The notes beneath the pieces were generated by a model, which had not been told where the DNA came from, did no database searches, and worked only from the letters and a program-made list of their open reading frames with translations. From NCBI GenBank assembly GCA_036502165.1, contig DASXZC010000282.1, forward strand, positions 1 to 55,652: a stretch of DNA of 55,652 nucleotides. The letters are read 5' to 3'. This DNA is from Bryobacteraceae bacterium (GTDB lineage Bacteria; Acidobacteriota; Terriglobia; Bryobacterales; Bryobacteraceae). This document shows positions 1 through 9,718 of the stretch, in pieces; the stretch's first letter is position 1; every line of letters starts with the position of its first letter. The position numbers and the translations under genes are program-made.

Positions 1-2
1 CG

Positions 3-629
3 ACGCATGTAGCCGATCTGCTCGAGCCAAGGAATGCCGAGGCGGACATCGCGGCGACGCTGCTCTACGGCGTGACGGCGCATCCTTATCGGTGGCTCTA
101 CGATTTGATGGACGGCCACGCTCCGCTGCGGCGTGAGGCGATCGATGTCGCGTTGCGGTCGCGCACGAAGCGCGATGAACTGTTGAACGGCTTCCGCGGT
201 GGACCGTTCGTCTTCGATTTCGTCATGGATATCGGCGCGTATCGGGATCTGCATCGCCATCGCCGCTGCCATCAGACGCGGCAGGAATTTACGACTGCGC
301 TTGGATATGAGACTCCAGCGGCGATCGTGGAGGCGGGGCTCGAGCCGATGTATCGCGAGGTGCAGGACGCGGCTGCGGAGGTGTTCGGCAAGCTGCCCGA
401 TCCGGCGCGGCAGTACATTCTGCCGTTCTCGACGCGTGGACGCTTCCTGTTCAAGATGGACTTCGCTGAAGTCGAATACATCAGCCGCTTGCGTAGCGGT
501 GTGAAGGGACACTTCAGTTACCGGCGCATTGCTTGGGAAATGAAGCGGCGCATGGATGAACTGCATCCTGAGCTGGGGCGGCTGATTCATGCGACTCCGC
601 CGGAAGTGGAGGATCCGCTCAAGCGATGA
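3..629 (+). CDS. thyX: FAD-dependent thymidylate synthase ThyX-like protein, C-terminal part (5' end outside window)
   Basis: Frame is open from position 3. Contains DIGAYRDLHRHR (ThyX RHR-type motif) and LRS...GHFSYR, typical of the long ThyX variant. Confidence 0.75.
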   Translation, partial: THVADLLEPRNAEADIAATLLYGVTAHPYRWLYDLMDGHAPLRREAIDVALRSRTKRDELLNGFRGGPFVFDFVMDIGAYRDLHRHRRCHQTRQEFTTALGYETPAAIVEAGLEPMYREVQDAAAEVFGKLPDPARQYILPFSTRGRFLFKMDFAEVEYISRLRSGVKGHFSYRRIAWEMKRRMDELHPELGRLIHATPPEVEDPLKR

Positions 630-2476
630 CGGTGCTGGCCACCATCCGCAATCCATTTCTGACACACGCCGTGCCGGATCCGTGGGCGCGCCTCGAAGGC
701 GACGTTCCGCACATCCATCAGCCGGTGTTCGAGTTGTGCCACGACCTGGTGGAGGAAGTCTCGCACGGCTCCGGCAGCACGTGCCTGCTGCTGTACGGCG
801 AGGGGGGCAGCGGCAAGACGCACATCCTGTCGAGGCTGCGGGCGCATCTCGAACAACACTCTGAAGGAGTGCTGGTTTCGGTGCGACTGGGGACGGTCGC
901 TCCGCTGATCTGGAGGCATCTGCGCTGCGCTTTCGCGAACGAGTTACTAAGGGAAACCTCTGCCGCAGGCGTGACGCGGCTCGACGGGCTGCTCGAGAAG
1001 ATCGGCTCGATCGAGGAGGTGAAACAGAAGCTCGGCCTTTCTTATGGACTTTCGAGCGTTCTCACGAATTTTCGGGAAAATCGATTTCGCAGCGCGTGCG
1101 CGGCGTGGCTGCGCGGTGATGACCTGGCCGATTCGGTGATCGAAAAATTGGAACTCGCGGGCGAGGAGACCGGGGATATTTCGCCCGAGGAACGAGCCAA
1201 TCAGACGGTGCTGCAACTGTGCAGGATGTTCTCTCCTTCACCAGTTGTTTTCTGTTTCGATCAGGTAGAAGCCTTAGAAACGGTACCGGGGGACCTGAGC
1301 GGTCTACTCGCGTTCGGAAAAGCGGTCGCGGACCTGCATGCGGAGCTGACCAATGTGGTGGTCATTTCGTCGATGCAGGCGAGCTTCGCGGCGCGGCTCG
1401 AGGAGAAGCTCGACCGGTACATTTTCGACCGCCTTTCGCTGCATCGCGCGGAGCTGCATCCGCTGAGTTGGAGGCAGGGTCACGAGGTGCTGCGGAAGCG
1501 GCTCGACAGCCAGCCGGAGATCGCGCGACTGCGGTCGCTCGAAAGCGCGAAACAGGCCGTTAACCAGCCTGATGAGGCACTTTGGCCGTTGCGGGAAGCG
1601 GCCATGAAGCAGCTCTTCGGCCAGTCGGATCAGTGCGTCGCGCGGCGGCTCATTTACTCGGCCGCGGAGCACTTCGAAGCTGCTCGCGGATCGAAGCAGA
1701 TGGACGCTCGCACGACAGAGGAATTCCTCGCGGATGAGTTCGCCGGGCGGCGTGAATGTGCGCTTGCGAATCCGCCGGCCGATGCCGAGGAATTGCTGCT
1801 GACGGGGCTGCCGGTCCTGTTCGATTTCCTGGATGACCAGGCCCCTGAAGCAGAGGCCGAGGGCGCTCATCCGACGGGGTTCGATGCGGTGTATGAAGTG
1901 GTCAATCAGGCGCAGGCGCGGGCGTTTGCGGCGAGGCTCGAGAAGATCGAGCAGGACTGGAATCCCGATATCGATCCGCCGCTGGTTCTGATCCGCGATG
2001 CGCGGCTCACTGTCGGCTCTAATTTGCAGAAAGCACGGGAGATTCTCGATCGGTTGCGCGGCCGGGGAGCGCTACTGGTGCAGCCTTCGGCGGAAGCGCT
2101 GGGGGCGCTCGAAGCGTTGCGCAGCTTACACGGCAACGCCCAGAGTGGTAATCTTGTCCATCGAGGAAATACGGTCGCGACGGGGGCGCTTGCGGAGTGG
2201 TTTTCCGCGCATCCGCCGGCGGTGCTCGAGGACTTTATCGAGGAGTTGAAACCCAAGGCAGCAAAAGATCATTTTGTCAGTGATCTACTGGATTTTCTGG
2301 CGATGCATTCTATCGTCAAACTAGAAGAGGCGGCCCAGGCGATCCGTGTGCCGCAACAGCAACTGGCAGACTATGCGCGTCATCATCCCGTTCAACTTGG
2401 ATACCTGGCCGGACCACCGGCGGTCCTCTTTCGTGCGATTCCTGGGGGCGCTGGGGATCCGTGCGAAGCGGACTGA
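626..2476 (+). CDS. P-loop/AAA-type ATPase of unknown function
   Basis: Walker A GEGGSGKT and Walker B VFCFDQVE. The ATG overlaps the thyX stop (ATGA). The C-terminus is possibly HTH-like. Confidence 0.8.
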   Translation: MTVLATIRNPFLTHAVPDPWARLEGDVPHIHQPVFELCHDLVEEVSHGSGSTCLLLYGEGGSGKTHILSRLRAHLEQHSEGVLVSVRLGTVAPLIWRHLRCAFANELLRETSAAGVTRLDGLLEKIGSIEEVKQKLGLSYGLSSVLTNFRENRFRSACAAWLRGDDLADSVIEKLELAGEETGDISPEERANQTVLQLCRMFSPSPVVFCFDQVEALETVPGDLSGLLAFGKAVADLHAELTNVVVISSMQASFAARLEEKLDRYIFDRLSLHRAELHPLSWRQGHEVLRKRLDSQPEIARLRSLESAKQAVNQPDEALWPLREAAMKQLFGQSDQCVARRLIYSAAEHFEAARGSKQMDARTTEEFLADEFAGRRECALANPPADAEELLLTGLPVLFDFLDDQAPEAEAEGAHPTGFDAVYEVVNQAQARAFAARLEKIEQDWNPDIDPPLVLIRDARLTVGSNLQKAREILDRLRGRGALLVQPSAEALGALEALRSLHGNAQSGNLVHRGNTVATGALAEWFSAHPPAVLEDFIEELKPKAAKDHFVSDLLDFLAMHSIVKLEEAAQAIRVPQQQLADYARHHPVQLGYLAGPPAVLFRAIPGGAGDPCEAD

Positions 2477-4439
2477 TCCGGTTGTTCTGAATGCAGGGGA
2501 AATTCGCAACGAAATATTCGCGGCGAGCCAGGGCGTTTGGGGAACGCGATCGTCGAGCCGTCTGCTGACGCGGATCTTTCACGAATCCATTTCCGATCTG
2601 TTTCGCCCCGGTCCGCGCAACTGGCAGCGTACGTTGAGCGCGGCGGATATTGCGACTGTCGGGACGCTCGAGCGGCATATGTATGAGTCGTTCGTCGCTC
2701 CGAGGCTGACGAGATATCAGGGCGCGTTGAAGGAATCGACGGCGGAGGTGCTGCAGTTCTGGTCGGCGGTGAAGGAGTGGTCGGGGTGGTTCCGCGGGAT
2801 CGTCCACGCGGGGCTCGAGAGTGGGCAGATCCGCTATGACGAGGCGACGGCGAGTTGGCGCGATGCGAATGGGCTGGTCGATCCGGACCGGCATTTGACG
2901 TACACGTTCGAGGATCCGGAGTGGACGGCTCCGGTGATGATTCAGGGGCGCGCGGACACGATCCTTCGGAAGCCTGCGGCGTCGCCGGGCAGCGATGGCG
3001 AAGAATGGTGTGCGATCGAATACCGGGCGGGGACGGGCGCGGCTGAGGCGGACCTGGCGCAGGCGGTGATGTACGGGCTCATGTTGGGCGGCGGCTCGGA
3101 ACAGGGCGCGGGGATTACGCTCGTGCAACTGCAGCCGATGCTCAAAGAGATCGCGTATACGCGTGAAGAATTGAAGACCGGTATCGACTTGCTGAAGCCG
3201 ATCGTGGCGCGGTTGGCTGGCGTGCTGCCGGGTGCGGGCGAGCAGACGGTGTCCTCATCGGAACCGGAGCGCGAAGAAGAGAAACATGTGGAGAGCGTCG
3301 CCGAGCCGGCTGCGCCTGAGTCGGCGAACTCGCTCGATCTGGCGAAGCTCGCGGCGAGTCCGGCGGGTGGGTTTGATGAAGCGGGCGAGCGGATTGTGAA
3401 CGTGTGCAGGGAGATTGGGACGGATGTCGTGCTGACGTCTCCTCCGCAACAAGGGGCGGCGTTCGTACGGTATCAGTTGAATCCGGCGAAGGGTGTGGCG
3501 GCGAAGAAGATCACGGCGCTGGCGCTCGATTTGCAAGTGCGGATGGGACTCGAATCGTCGCCGTTGATTCGCGTGGATCGCGGGAAGCTGGTGGTCGATG
3601 TCGCGCGGAAGGATCGGCGTGCGGTGTGGTTTTCAGGGGTCCGCGCGCAGTTGCCGAGGACGGATGTTTCGTCGCGCGTTCCGCTTGGAATCGACTTGTT
3701 GGGATCGTTGAAGTTCGCGGATCTGGCGAATCCGGTGAGCGCGCATATGCTGGTTGTGGGGACGTCCGGCAGTGGGAAGACGGAATGGCTGCGGACGGCG
3801 ATCGCGGGGCTGATCCTGCAAAATACGCCGCAATCCTTGCGATTTGCGCTGATTGATCCGAAGGGCGGAGCGTTCAGCGATTGGCAGACCTCGCCGTTCC
3901 TGTGGCGGAGCGAGGCGCTGGTTTCGCGCACTGGTGCACTGACGCCGGCCGGGCTGTTCGACGCGTTGATCGCCGAGATGGACTCGCGCTATAAAGTGTT
4001 CGAAGAAGAAGGCGTCGATGATCTGACGCGGGCGAATGCGAAGATCCGCGAGCAGATGCCGCGCATCGTGTGCGTCTGCGATGAATACGCGGACCTGGTC
4101 GCGCACAAGATGGAACGCCGGCAAGTGGAATCGCGGATCGCGCGGCTGGGAGCGAGGGCGCGCGCGGTGGGCATCCATATGATCCTCGCGACGCAGCGTC
4201 CGACGCGCGACATCATTGAGGGGACTCTGAAAGGGAACCTGGCGGCGAAGGTTGCGTTGCGGGTGACGAGCGCGATCGAGTCGCGCCTGGTGCTCGGCGT
4301 GGGTGGTGCGGAGTGCCTACTCGGCGAGGGCGATTTGCTGTATCAGGACACGGGGTCGCCGGTGCGGTTGCAGGGTCCGCTGATGACGGTGGGGGAGCGG
4401 AGTGAGTTGTTCAGTGCCGAGCCTGCGGTTGAGGCTTGA
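2373..4439 (+). CDS. FtsK/SpoIIIE-family ATPase with an N-terminal PD-(D/E)XK (RecB-like) nuclease-type domain; start uncertain
   Basis: HMLVVGTSGSGKT, LIDPKG, VCVCDEYADL, GIHMILATQRP and GAECLLGEGDLL are FtsK motor motifs. N-terminal IQGRADTIL...AIEYRAG...QAVMY is RecB-like. In-frame start candidates are GTG 2346, ATG 2373 and TTG 2397. Confidence 0.8.
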   Translation: MRVIIPFNLDTWPDHRRSSFVRFLGALGIRAKRTDPVVLNAGEIRNEIFAASQGVWGTRSSSRLLTRIFHESISDLFRPGPRNWQRTLSAADIATVGTLERHMYESFVAPRLTRYQGALKESTAEVLQFWSAVKEWSGWFRGIVHAGLESGQIRYDEATASWRDANGLVDPDRHLTYTFEDPEWTAPVMIQGRADTILRKPAASPGSDGEEWCAIEYRAGTGAAEADLAQAVMYGLMLGGGSEQGAGITLVQLQPMLKEIAYTREELKTGIDLLKPIVARLAGVLPGAGEQTVSSSEPEREEEKHVESVAEPAAPESANSLDLAKLAASPAGGFDEAGERIVNVCREIGTDVVLTSPPQQGAAFVRYQLNPAKGVAAKKITALALDLQVRMGLESSPLIRVDRGKLVVDVARKDRRAVWFSGVRAQLPRTDVSSRVPLGIDLLGSLKFADLANPVSAHMLVVGTSGSGKTEWLRTAIAGLILQNTPQSLRFALIDPKGGAFSDWQTSPFLWRSEALVSRTGALTPAGLFDALIAEMDSRYKVFEEEGVDDLTRANAKIREQMPRIVCVCDEYADLVAHKMERRQVESRIARLGARARAVGIHMILATQRPTRDIIEGTLKGNLAAKVALRVTSAIESRLVLGVGGAECLLGEGDLLYQDTGSPVRLQGPLMTVGERSELFSAEPAVEA

Positions 4440-4457
4440 TTCGGTATACTCACAGCC

Positions 4458-5384
4458 ATGCGGATTCAATCGGCGGCTGTGATTGGGACGGGGATGATGG
4501 GTCCGGGGATCGCGACTACGCTGGCGACTGGCGGGGTTCCGGTTACCATTCTGAGCCGTTCGGCTGAGTCGGCGGCGGAGGCTCAGACACGGGCTATCGC
4601 GTTTGCGCGGCTGTTGGTTGAGCATGGGCTGGCGAGTGCAGGATTCGCGCAGATTAGCAATTCGAGCGACCTCGACGCGGTCGTTCCTACTGTCGATCTC
4701 GTTATCGAATCTGCGCCGGAGAACATGGATTTTAAGCAGTCCTTGTTTGCGCATCTCGATTCGATTGCGAAGGCGGATGCGGTTCTCGCGTCGAATACTT
4801 CCGGACTCTCTATCACTGCTATCGCTTCTAAGTGCGAACGTCCTGAGCGCGTGGTGACGACGCATTTCTGGAATCCTCCGCATCTGATGCCGTTGGTTGA
4901 GATCGTGCGCGGGGGGCGCACTTCCGATGAAACCGTGAATGAGGTGAAGGAACTGCTGCTGCATTGCGGCAAGACTCCGGTGGTCGTGAAGAAAGATACG
5001 CCGGGGCAGTTGGGGAACCGAATACAGTCGGCCATGATGCGGGAGTGTGTACACATTCTCGAAGAGGGGATCGCGGATGTCGAGGACATCGACCTCGCGA
5101 TCCGCAACGGCTTCGGCTTGCGGCTGCCTGAATATGGCGCGTTCGAGCATGCGGACGCGGTGGGGCTCGATATGGGGATGGCGATCGCGGATTACATTAC
5201 GCGGGACCTGTCGAATCGTGTGGGGGCTTCCGATTCGATGAAAGACCGCGTGGCGCGTGGGGAGCTTGGCGTCAAGAGCGGCATGGGATTTTACGATTGG
5301 TCGAAGAAGGATTGGAACGAAGTCCGCGCGAGGCGGGATGGATTCGTTTTGGAAGTGGTCAAACGGCGGCGCAGTGGCGCTTGA
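4458..5384 (+). CDS. 3-hydroxyacyl-CoA dehydrogenase family protein
   Basis: GTGMMG Rossmann motif, LASNTS, HFWNPPHLMPLVE, PGQLGNRI, LGVKSGMGFY. Confidence 0.92.
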   Translation: MRIQSAAVIGTGMMGPGIATTLATGGVPVTILSRSAESAAEAQTRAIAFARLLVEHGLASAGFAQISNSSDLDAVVPTVDLVIESAPENMDFKQSLFAHLDSIAKADAVLASNTSGLSITAIASKCERPERVVTTHFWNPPHLMPLVEIVRGGRTSDETVNEVKELLLHCGKTPVVVKKDTPGQLGNRIQSAMMRECVHILEEGIADVEDIDLAIRNGFGLRLPEYGAFEHADAVGLDMGMAIADYITRDLSNRVGASDSMKDRVARGELGVKSGMGFYDWSKKDWNEVRARRDGFVLEVVKRRRSGA

Positions 5385-7325
5385 TCAGACCCAGATGCGT
5401 GAGACGATCACGTTGGTTATGAAGGCGCACACGTATGCCAGCAGGCCCATGTAGACGAACTGGCCTACGGGCCATGCCCACGTTCCGGTCTCGCGCTTGA
5501 CGACGGCGAGCGTCGACATACATTGCAAAGCGAACGCGAAGAATACGAGCAGCGCGCAGGCTCCGCCTGGGGAGAGATCGGCGCGGATGGCTTTGCGGAG
5601 TCCGGCGGCGGATTCGCCTTCGCCTTCGACTCCGTAGATGGTGCCGAGGGTTCCCACGATCACTTCGCGCGCGGCGAGAGAGGCGATCAGGCCGATGCCT
5701 ACTTTCCAATTGAAGCCGAGCGGTTTGATGACGGGTTCGATCGCGTGGCCTACCGATCCGGCGATGCTGTGCTCGATGGGGGCTCCTTTGCCGTTGTGCT
5801 GCGCGGGCAGGAAGAGGAACAGCCACAGTACGATTTGGACCAATAAAATCAGGGTTCCGGCGCGTTTCAGGAAAACCATCGTCCGATCGTAGAGGCGCAA
5901 CGCGAGCGATCGCACGGTCGGCCAGCGGTACGACGGCATCTCGAGCATGAAGGTCGAACGGCCGGATTTGAGGATGGTCGACTTCAAGACGCGCGCGGTC
6001 AGAATCGCGGCGATGAAGCCGAGAACATACAGGCCGAGCATGGCCGCGGCTTGCGTGCCGAGGAGTCCGCCGATTAGTTTTTGCTCGGGGATGAAGGCGG
6101 CGATGATCAGCGTGTAGACGGGAATTCGCGCGGAGCACGTCATGAACGGCGCGATCATGATGGTCGCGATGCGGTCGCGTTTATTCTCGATGGTGCGCGT
6201 CGCCATGATGGCGGGCACGGCGCAGGAATAGGCGGACAACAGCGGGATGAAGGCCTTGCCTTGCAGGCCGAACCTCGACATGGTGCGGTCGGCGATGAGG
6301 GCGGCGCGGGCGAGATATCCGGAATCCTCGAGCAGGCCGATGAAGAGGAACAACATCAGAATCTGCGGCAGGAACACGAGCACGCTGCCGACGCCTTTCC
6401 AGATTCCATCGATCAATAACGACCGGATCCAGTTGTCGGGCAGGAATACGGCGAGCTTGTTGCCGCCGCCTTCGAGGACGTCTTTCAAGGCATCGCCGAG
6501 TGGGTTCCCGATGTAGAAAATCGACTGGAACACGGCGATGACGACGGCGAGGAAAATCAGCGGGCCGGCGATGGGATGAAGGAAGATCGAATCGAGGCGG
6601 CGAGTCCAGTGGGGGGGCGCGGGAGCGTGGTAGTCCGCCTTTTTGCCGACGTTGGTGGCCCATTTGTGGCACTGCGGAATGTCGTTGAGCACGGGCAGTT
6701 CGACGCGCTTGAACGCCGGCTCGGAAACTGCGCCGAGGGTGGTACCGTTGAGGAACTGCCAGACTTTGTCGAGGCCTTCGCCTTTCGCGGCGCTGATGAG
6801 GGCGACGGGGGCGCCGAGTTCACTGCCGAGGGATCCGGCATCGATTTCGCCGCCGCGGTTGCGGAGGTCGTCGGCCATGTTGAGAATGACGAGGGTCGGC
6901 AATCCTAAGCTCAAAACGGGAGCGGCGAGCAGCAGGTGGCGCGCGAGGTTGGTGCAATCGAGAATCAGGAGGACGGCGTCGGGCTTGGGAATTCCCTTCA
7001 TTTCGCCGGCGAGAACGTCGCGCGTGACGCGTTCATCTTCGGAGCGGGCGGTGAGGCTGTAGACTCCGGGCAGGTCGACGAGGTAGGCTTCGCGGCCGTT
7101 CTGCAGGGCGAGTTTCCCGAGATGATGCTCGACGGTGACTCCAGGGAAGTTGGCGACCTTTTGGCGCAATCCGGTGAGGCGATTGAAAAGAGTCGTCTTG
7201 CCGGAATTGGGGGGGCCGACGAGGGCAACGACGTGGGAGCGGGCGATGCCGTTCGCCGCTGCGGTCGCGGGTGGGGGCGCGATCAATACATTCGAGTTGG
7301 CCGGGCAGTTGCCGCAATCACTCAT
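5385..7325 (-). CDS. feoB: Ferrous iron transport protein B
   Basis: GPPNSGKT, NFPGVTVE, DLPG and NMAD GTPase motifs, followed by a multi-pass membrane domain with PFMTCSAR. Confidence 0.95.
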   Translation of the reverse strand: MSDCGNCPANSNVLIAPPPATAAANGIARSHVVALVGPPNSGKTTLFNRLTGLRQKVANFPGVTVEHHLGKLALQNGREAYLVDLPGVYSLTARSEDERVTRDVLAGEMKGIPKPDAVLLILDCTNLARHLLLAAPVLSLGLPTLVILNMADDLRNRGGEIDAGSLGSELGAPVALISAAKGEGLDKVWQFLNGTTLGAVSEPAFKRVELPVLNDIPQCHKWATNVGKKADYHAPAPPHWTRRLDSIFLHPIAGPLIFLAVVIAVFQSIFYIGNPLGDALKDVLEGGGNKLAVFLPDNWIRSLLIDGIWKGVGSVLVFLPQILMLFLFIGLLEDSGYLARAALIADRTMSRFGLQGKAFIPLLSAYSCAVPAIMATRTIENKRDRIATIMIAPFMTCSARIPVYTLIIAAFIPEQKLIGGLLGTQAAAMLGLYVLGFIAAILTARVLKSTILKSGRSTFMLEMPSYRWPTVRSLALRLYDRTMVFLKRAGTLILLVQIVLWLFLFLPAQHNGKGAPIEHSIAGSVGHAIEPVIKPLGFNWKVGIGLIASLAAREVIVGTLGTIYGVEGEGESAAGLRKAIRADLSPGGACALLVFFAFALQCMSTLAVVKRETGTWAWPVGQFVYMGLLAYVCAFITNVIVSRIWV

Positions 7326-7454
7326 GGAAGCGAGACCTGAACCATTATAGGACCTTTTAGATCCGAGATGTGAGTTTAGTTGGTTTGGGGCGGAGGGATC
7401 GGGGGGCGTTGGACGTAAAATTTCACGCGGAGGCGCAAAAACGCCAAGTTATGT

Positions 7455-7715
7455 CTAGGCGCACAGGCGGACGTGGCTGGCGGTTTCGCGGCGTAATGCG
7501 ACTTCGGAGCCGTCCACGCGGAAGACGCGGGGGTCGCCTCCGGGGGCGGAATGTCCTCCGGCAACTACCGTGCCGGGGACGAAGCCGAGCTCCATGAGAC
7601 GGGTCGAGAGTTCCTCGGGAAGGTCGATTCCTTCGAGCACTCCTTCTTCGCCGTGTGTGAGATCGGCGAGGGTGCGGCGTTTCGAGATGAGAGCCTTCTT
7701 GCTACCCAGTTGCAT
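7455..7715 (-). CDS. feoA: Ferrous iron transport protein A
   Basis: RLMELGFVPGT...APGGDP...VALRR motif, upstream of feoB. Start placed at ATG 7715, just after a sigma70-like promoter. Confidence 0.88.
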   Translation of the reverse strand: MQLGSKKALISKRRTLADLTHGEEGVLEGIDLPEELSTRLMELGFVPGTVVAGGHSAPGGDPRVFRVDGSEVALRRETASHVRLCA

Positions 7716-7724
7716 CTTGGTTTC

Positions 7725-7754
7725 AGTATGGAGCCGTTTCCGAAGACCTGTCAA
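7725..7754 (-). promoter_or_regulatory. Sigma70-like promoter of feoA (TTGACA-N18-CATACT)
   Basis: Minus-strand TTGACA at 7754-7749 and CATACT at 7730-7725, 9 nt before the ATG. Confidence 0.55.
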
Positions 7755-7809
7755 GCGCTGCCCGCCTGAGCTAAGATCGATGGTGGTACCAAGAAGGAGC
7801 CCTTTCTCA

Positions 7810-8916
7810 ATGTCCCGCATCCCGTTCATGCTCGCCGTTAGTCTCGCCGCTGCTGCCGGTCTCGCGCTGATTGCGCAGAATCGGCCGACGCCGCCGACTC
7901 GCGATCCTCATACGCCTGGTTATGTGAAGGCCAAGGAACTACCCGATGGCGCGAACGCGCCGGAGAAGGCGGATGGGAATTTCATCCTCGGGCCGACGCA
8001 CAATCCCGCGCCGGAGATGACGGTGAAGGAAGGCGTTCCGCAAGGCGCGGTGTACGATTTCACGATGGAGTCGACGGACAGCAAGATCTATCCGGGCATT
8101 GGGCGGGAGCCGCACACTTTTGGCACGGCGGATCCGAATGATCCGGCGAAGTTGATTGTGACGACGAGCCATCCGGCGCCGTATACGCGGAAGGTCGCGG
8201 TGTATGTTCCGAAGCAATACGTCGCGGGCACGGCGGCTCCGTTCATTATGGGAACCGATGGGCCGGACCGGAGGCTGTTCGTGGCGCTCGACAATCTGAT
8301 CGCGGAGCACAAGGTTCCGGCGATGATTGCGATTTCGATGGGCAACGGCAGCGGCGATGCGCAGGGCAGCGAGCGGGGGCTCGAATACGACACGATGTCG
8401 GGGCTGTATGCGGAGTTCATCGAGAAGGAAGTGCTGCCGCTGGTCGAGAGGAAATTCAACGTCAAATTGACCAAGGATCCGGATGGGCGGGCGACGATGG
8501 GGGGCAGTTCCGGTGGATCGTGCGCGCTGATTATGGCCTGGTATCATCCGGAGCTGTATCATCGGGTGCTGACGTATTCGGGGACGTATGTGAATCAGCA
8601 GTGGCCGTCGAATGCGGAGAATCCGCACGGGGCGTGGGGATTTCATGAGACGCTCATTCCGAACAGTCCGAAGAAGCCGATCCGCTTGTGGATGGAGGTG
8701 GGCGATCGGGATCTGTACGGTCCGAATATCATGAAGGACAATATGCACGACTGGGTCGTGGCGAATGAGAATATGGCCAAAGTTCTGGCGGCGAAGGGGT
8801 ATCACTATCAGTTCGTGTTCGCGAAGAACGCGGGGCATACGGACCGGGCGGTGAAGGAGCAGACGCTGCCGGAGGCGCTCGAGTATGTGTGGCAGGGGTA
8901 CAAGGCGAAGAAGTAG
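7810..8916 (+). CDS. Exported esterase, enterochelin esterase (Fes)-like alpha/beta hydrolase
   Basis: AAGGAG before ATG 7810, a signal peptide, GGSSGG nucleophile elbow, ERGLEYD motif and a C-terminal GH. Confidence 0.8.
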   Translation: MSRIPFMLAVSLAAAAGLALIAQNRPTPPTRDPHTPGYVKAKELPDGANAPEKADGNFILGPTHNPAPEMTVKEGVPQGAVYDFTMESTDSKIYPGIGREPHTFGTADPNDPAKLIVTTSHPAPYTRKVAVYVPKQYVAGTAAPFIMGTDGPDRRLFVALDNLIAEHKVPAMIAISMGNGSGDAQGSERGLEYDTMSGLYAEFIEKEVLPLVERKFNVKLTKDPDGRATMGGSSGGSCALIMAWYHPELYHRVLTYSGTYVNQQWPSNAENPHGAWGFHETLIPNSPKKPIRLWMEVGDRDLYGPNIMKDNMHDWVVANENMAKVLAAKGYHYQFVFAKNAGHTDRAVKEQTLPEALEYVWQGYKAKK

Positions 8917-8962
8917 CGGTCGGTTGCGGGCGGGAATGAAATCGGTTAGATTGAATAGGAAC

Positions 8963-9052
8963 GGTGAGGTGCGAGAGCGGTTGAATCGGGCGGTCTCGAA
9001 AACCGTTGAACCTTAACGGGTTCCGTGGGTTCGAATCCCACCCTCACCGCCA
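8963..9052 (+). tRNA. tRNA-Ser (anticodon CGA)
   Basis: GGTGAGG/CCTCACC acceptor stem ending GCCA, anticodon arm GCGGT-CTCGAAA-ACCGT, long variable arm and GGTTCGAATCC T-arm. Confidence 0.96.
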
Positions 9053-9082
9053 CGATTCCTTCCGACCCTTCCTTTCGATCGC

Positions 9083-9604
9083 ATGGTTTCGAGCTCCCAA
9101 GCTGCGCGCATGGGTTTCCTCCTGCTTTGCGCGGGAGCCACGTTCGCACAACAAGGGAAAGCGGCCAAAGAGCCGATTGCCATCTTGGAATTGGGTGCCG
9201 CTCCGAGCGTCGGTTTCACACAGCATAGCTTCAGCATGAGTCCGACTATGGCGGTCGAGGTCACTCCGATCGAGAATTGGCTGGAGCTCGAATTGGGGAC
9301 GACGCCGACCTTCGAACATCGATCCACAGAATGGGACACTGACCTGCTGTTCAAGAAGCCCTGGACGCTGAGCAAGACCGTCGAAGTCATGTTTGGCGTG
9401 GGTCCGGTATGGATTCATTCCCGCGAAAACGGCGCTACCGCGAACTTCGCGGGAGGCGAAGCGGCATTGGATTTTATGTTCTGGCCGTCCGCGAAACGAC
9501 GATTCGGGTGGTACCTCGAGCCTGCTTATCAATACAATTTCGGAGGCGGGCGCGATCAATCATTCAGTGTCAGCGTTGGACTTCTGATCCCGGTTCGGCG
9601 ATAA
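9083..9604 (+). CDS. Exported protein, probable small outer-membrane beta-barrel (start may be ATG 9110)
   Basis: Signal-peptide-like N-terminus, alternating amphipathic strands with aromatic residues, terminal strand SFSVSVGLLI. Confidence 0.55.
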   Translation: MVSSSQAARMGFLLLCAGATFAQQGKAAKEPIAILELGAAPSVGFTQHSFSMSPTMAVEVTPIENWLELELGTTPTFEHRSTEWDTDLLFKKPWTLSKTVEVMFGVGPVWIHSRENGATANFAGGEAALDFMFWPSAKRRFGWYLEPAYQYNFGGGRDQSFSVSVGLLIPVRR

Positions 9605-9718
9605 ACCCAACACTGCTACATACTTAATTTTCAGCATTGATTCCTCCGGGGAATTGATGTTTGTTGGAATTGCGCCAGGCCCTATCATTCTTACAGGCCG
9701 TTTGTTTACGGCCTTTCC

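Noticed and set aside
7810-8916. Fes-like esterase as a siderophore-release partner of feoAB
   Set aside because: Only adjacency supports this. I found no convincing Fur box and no siderophore receptor.
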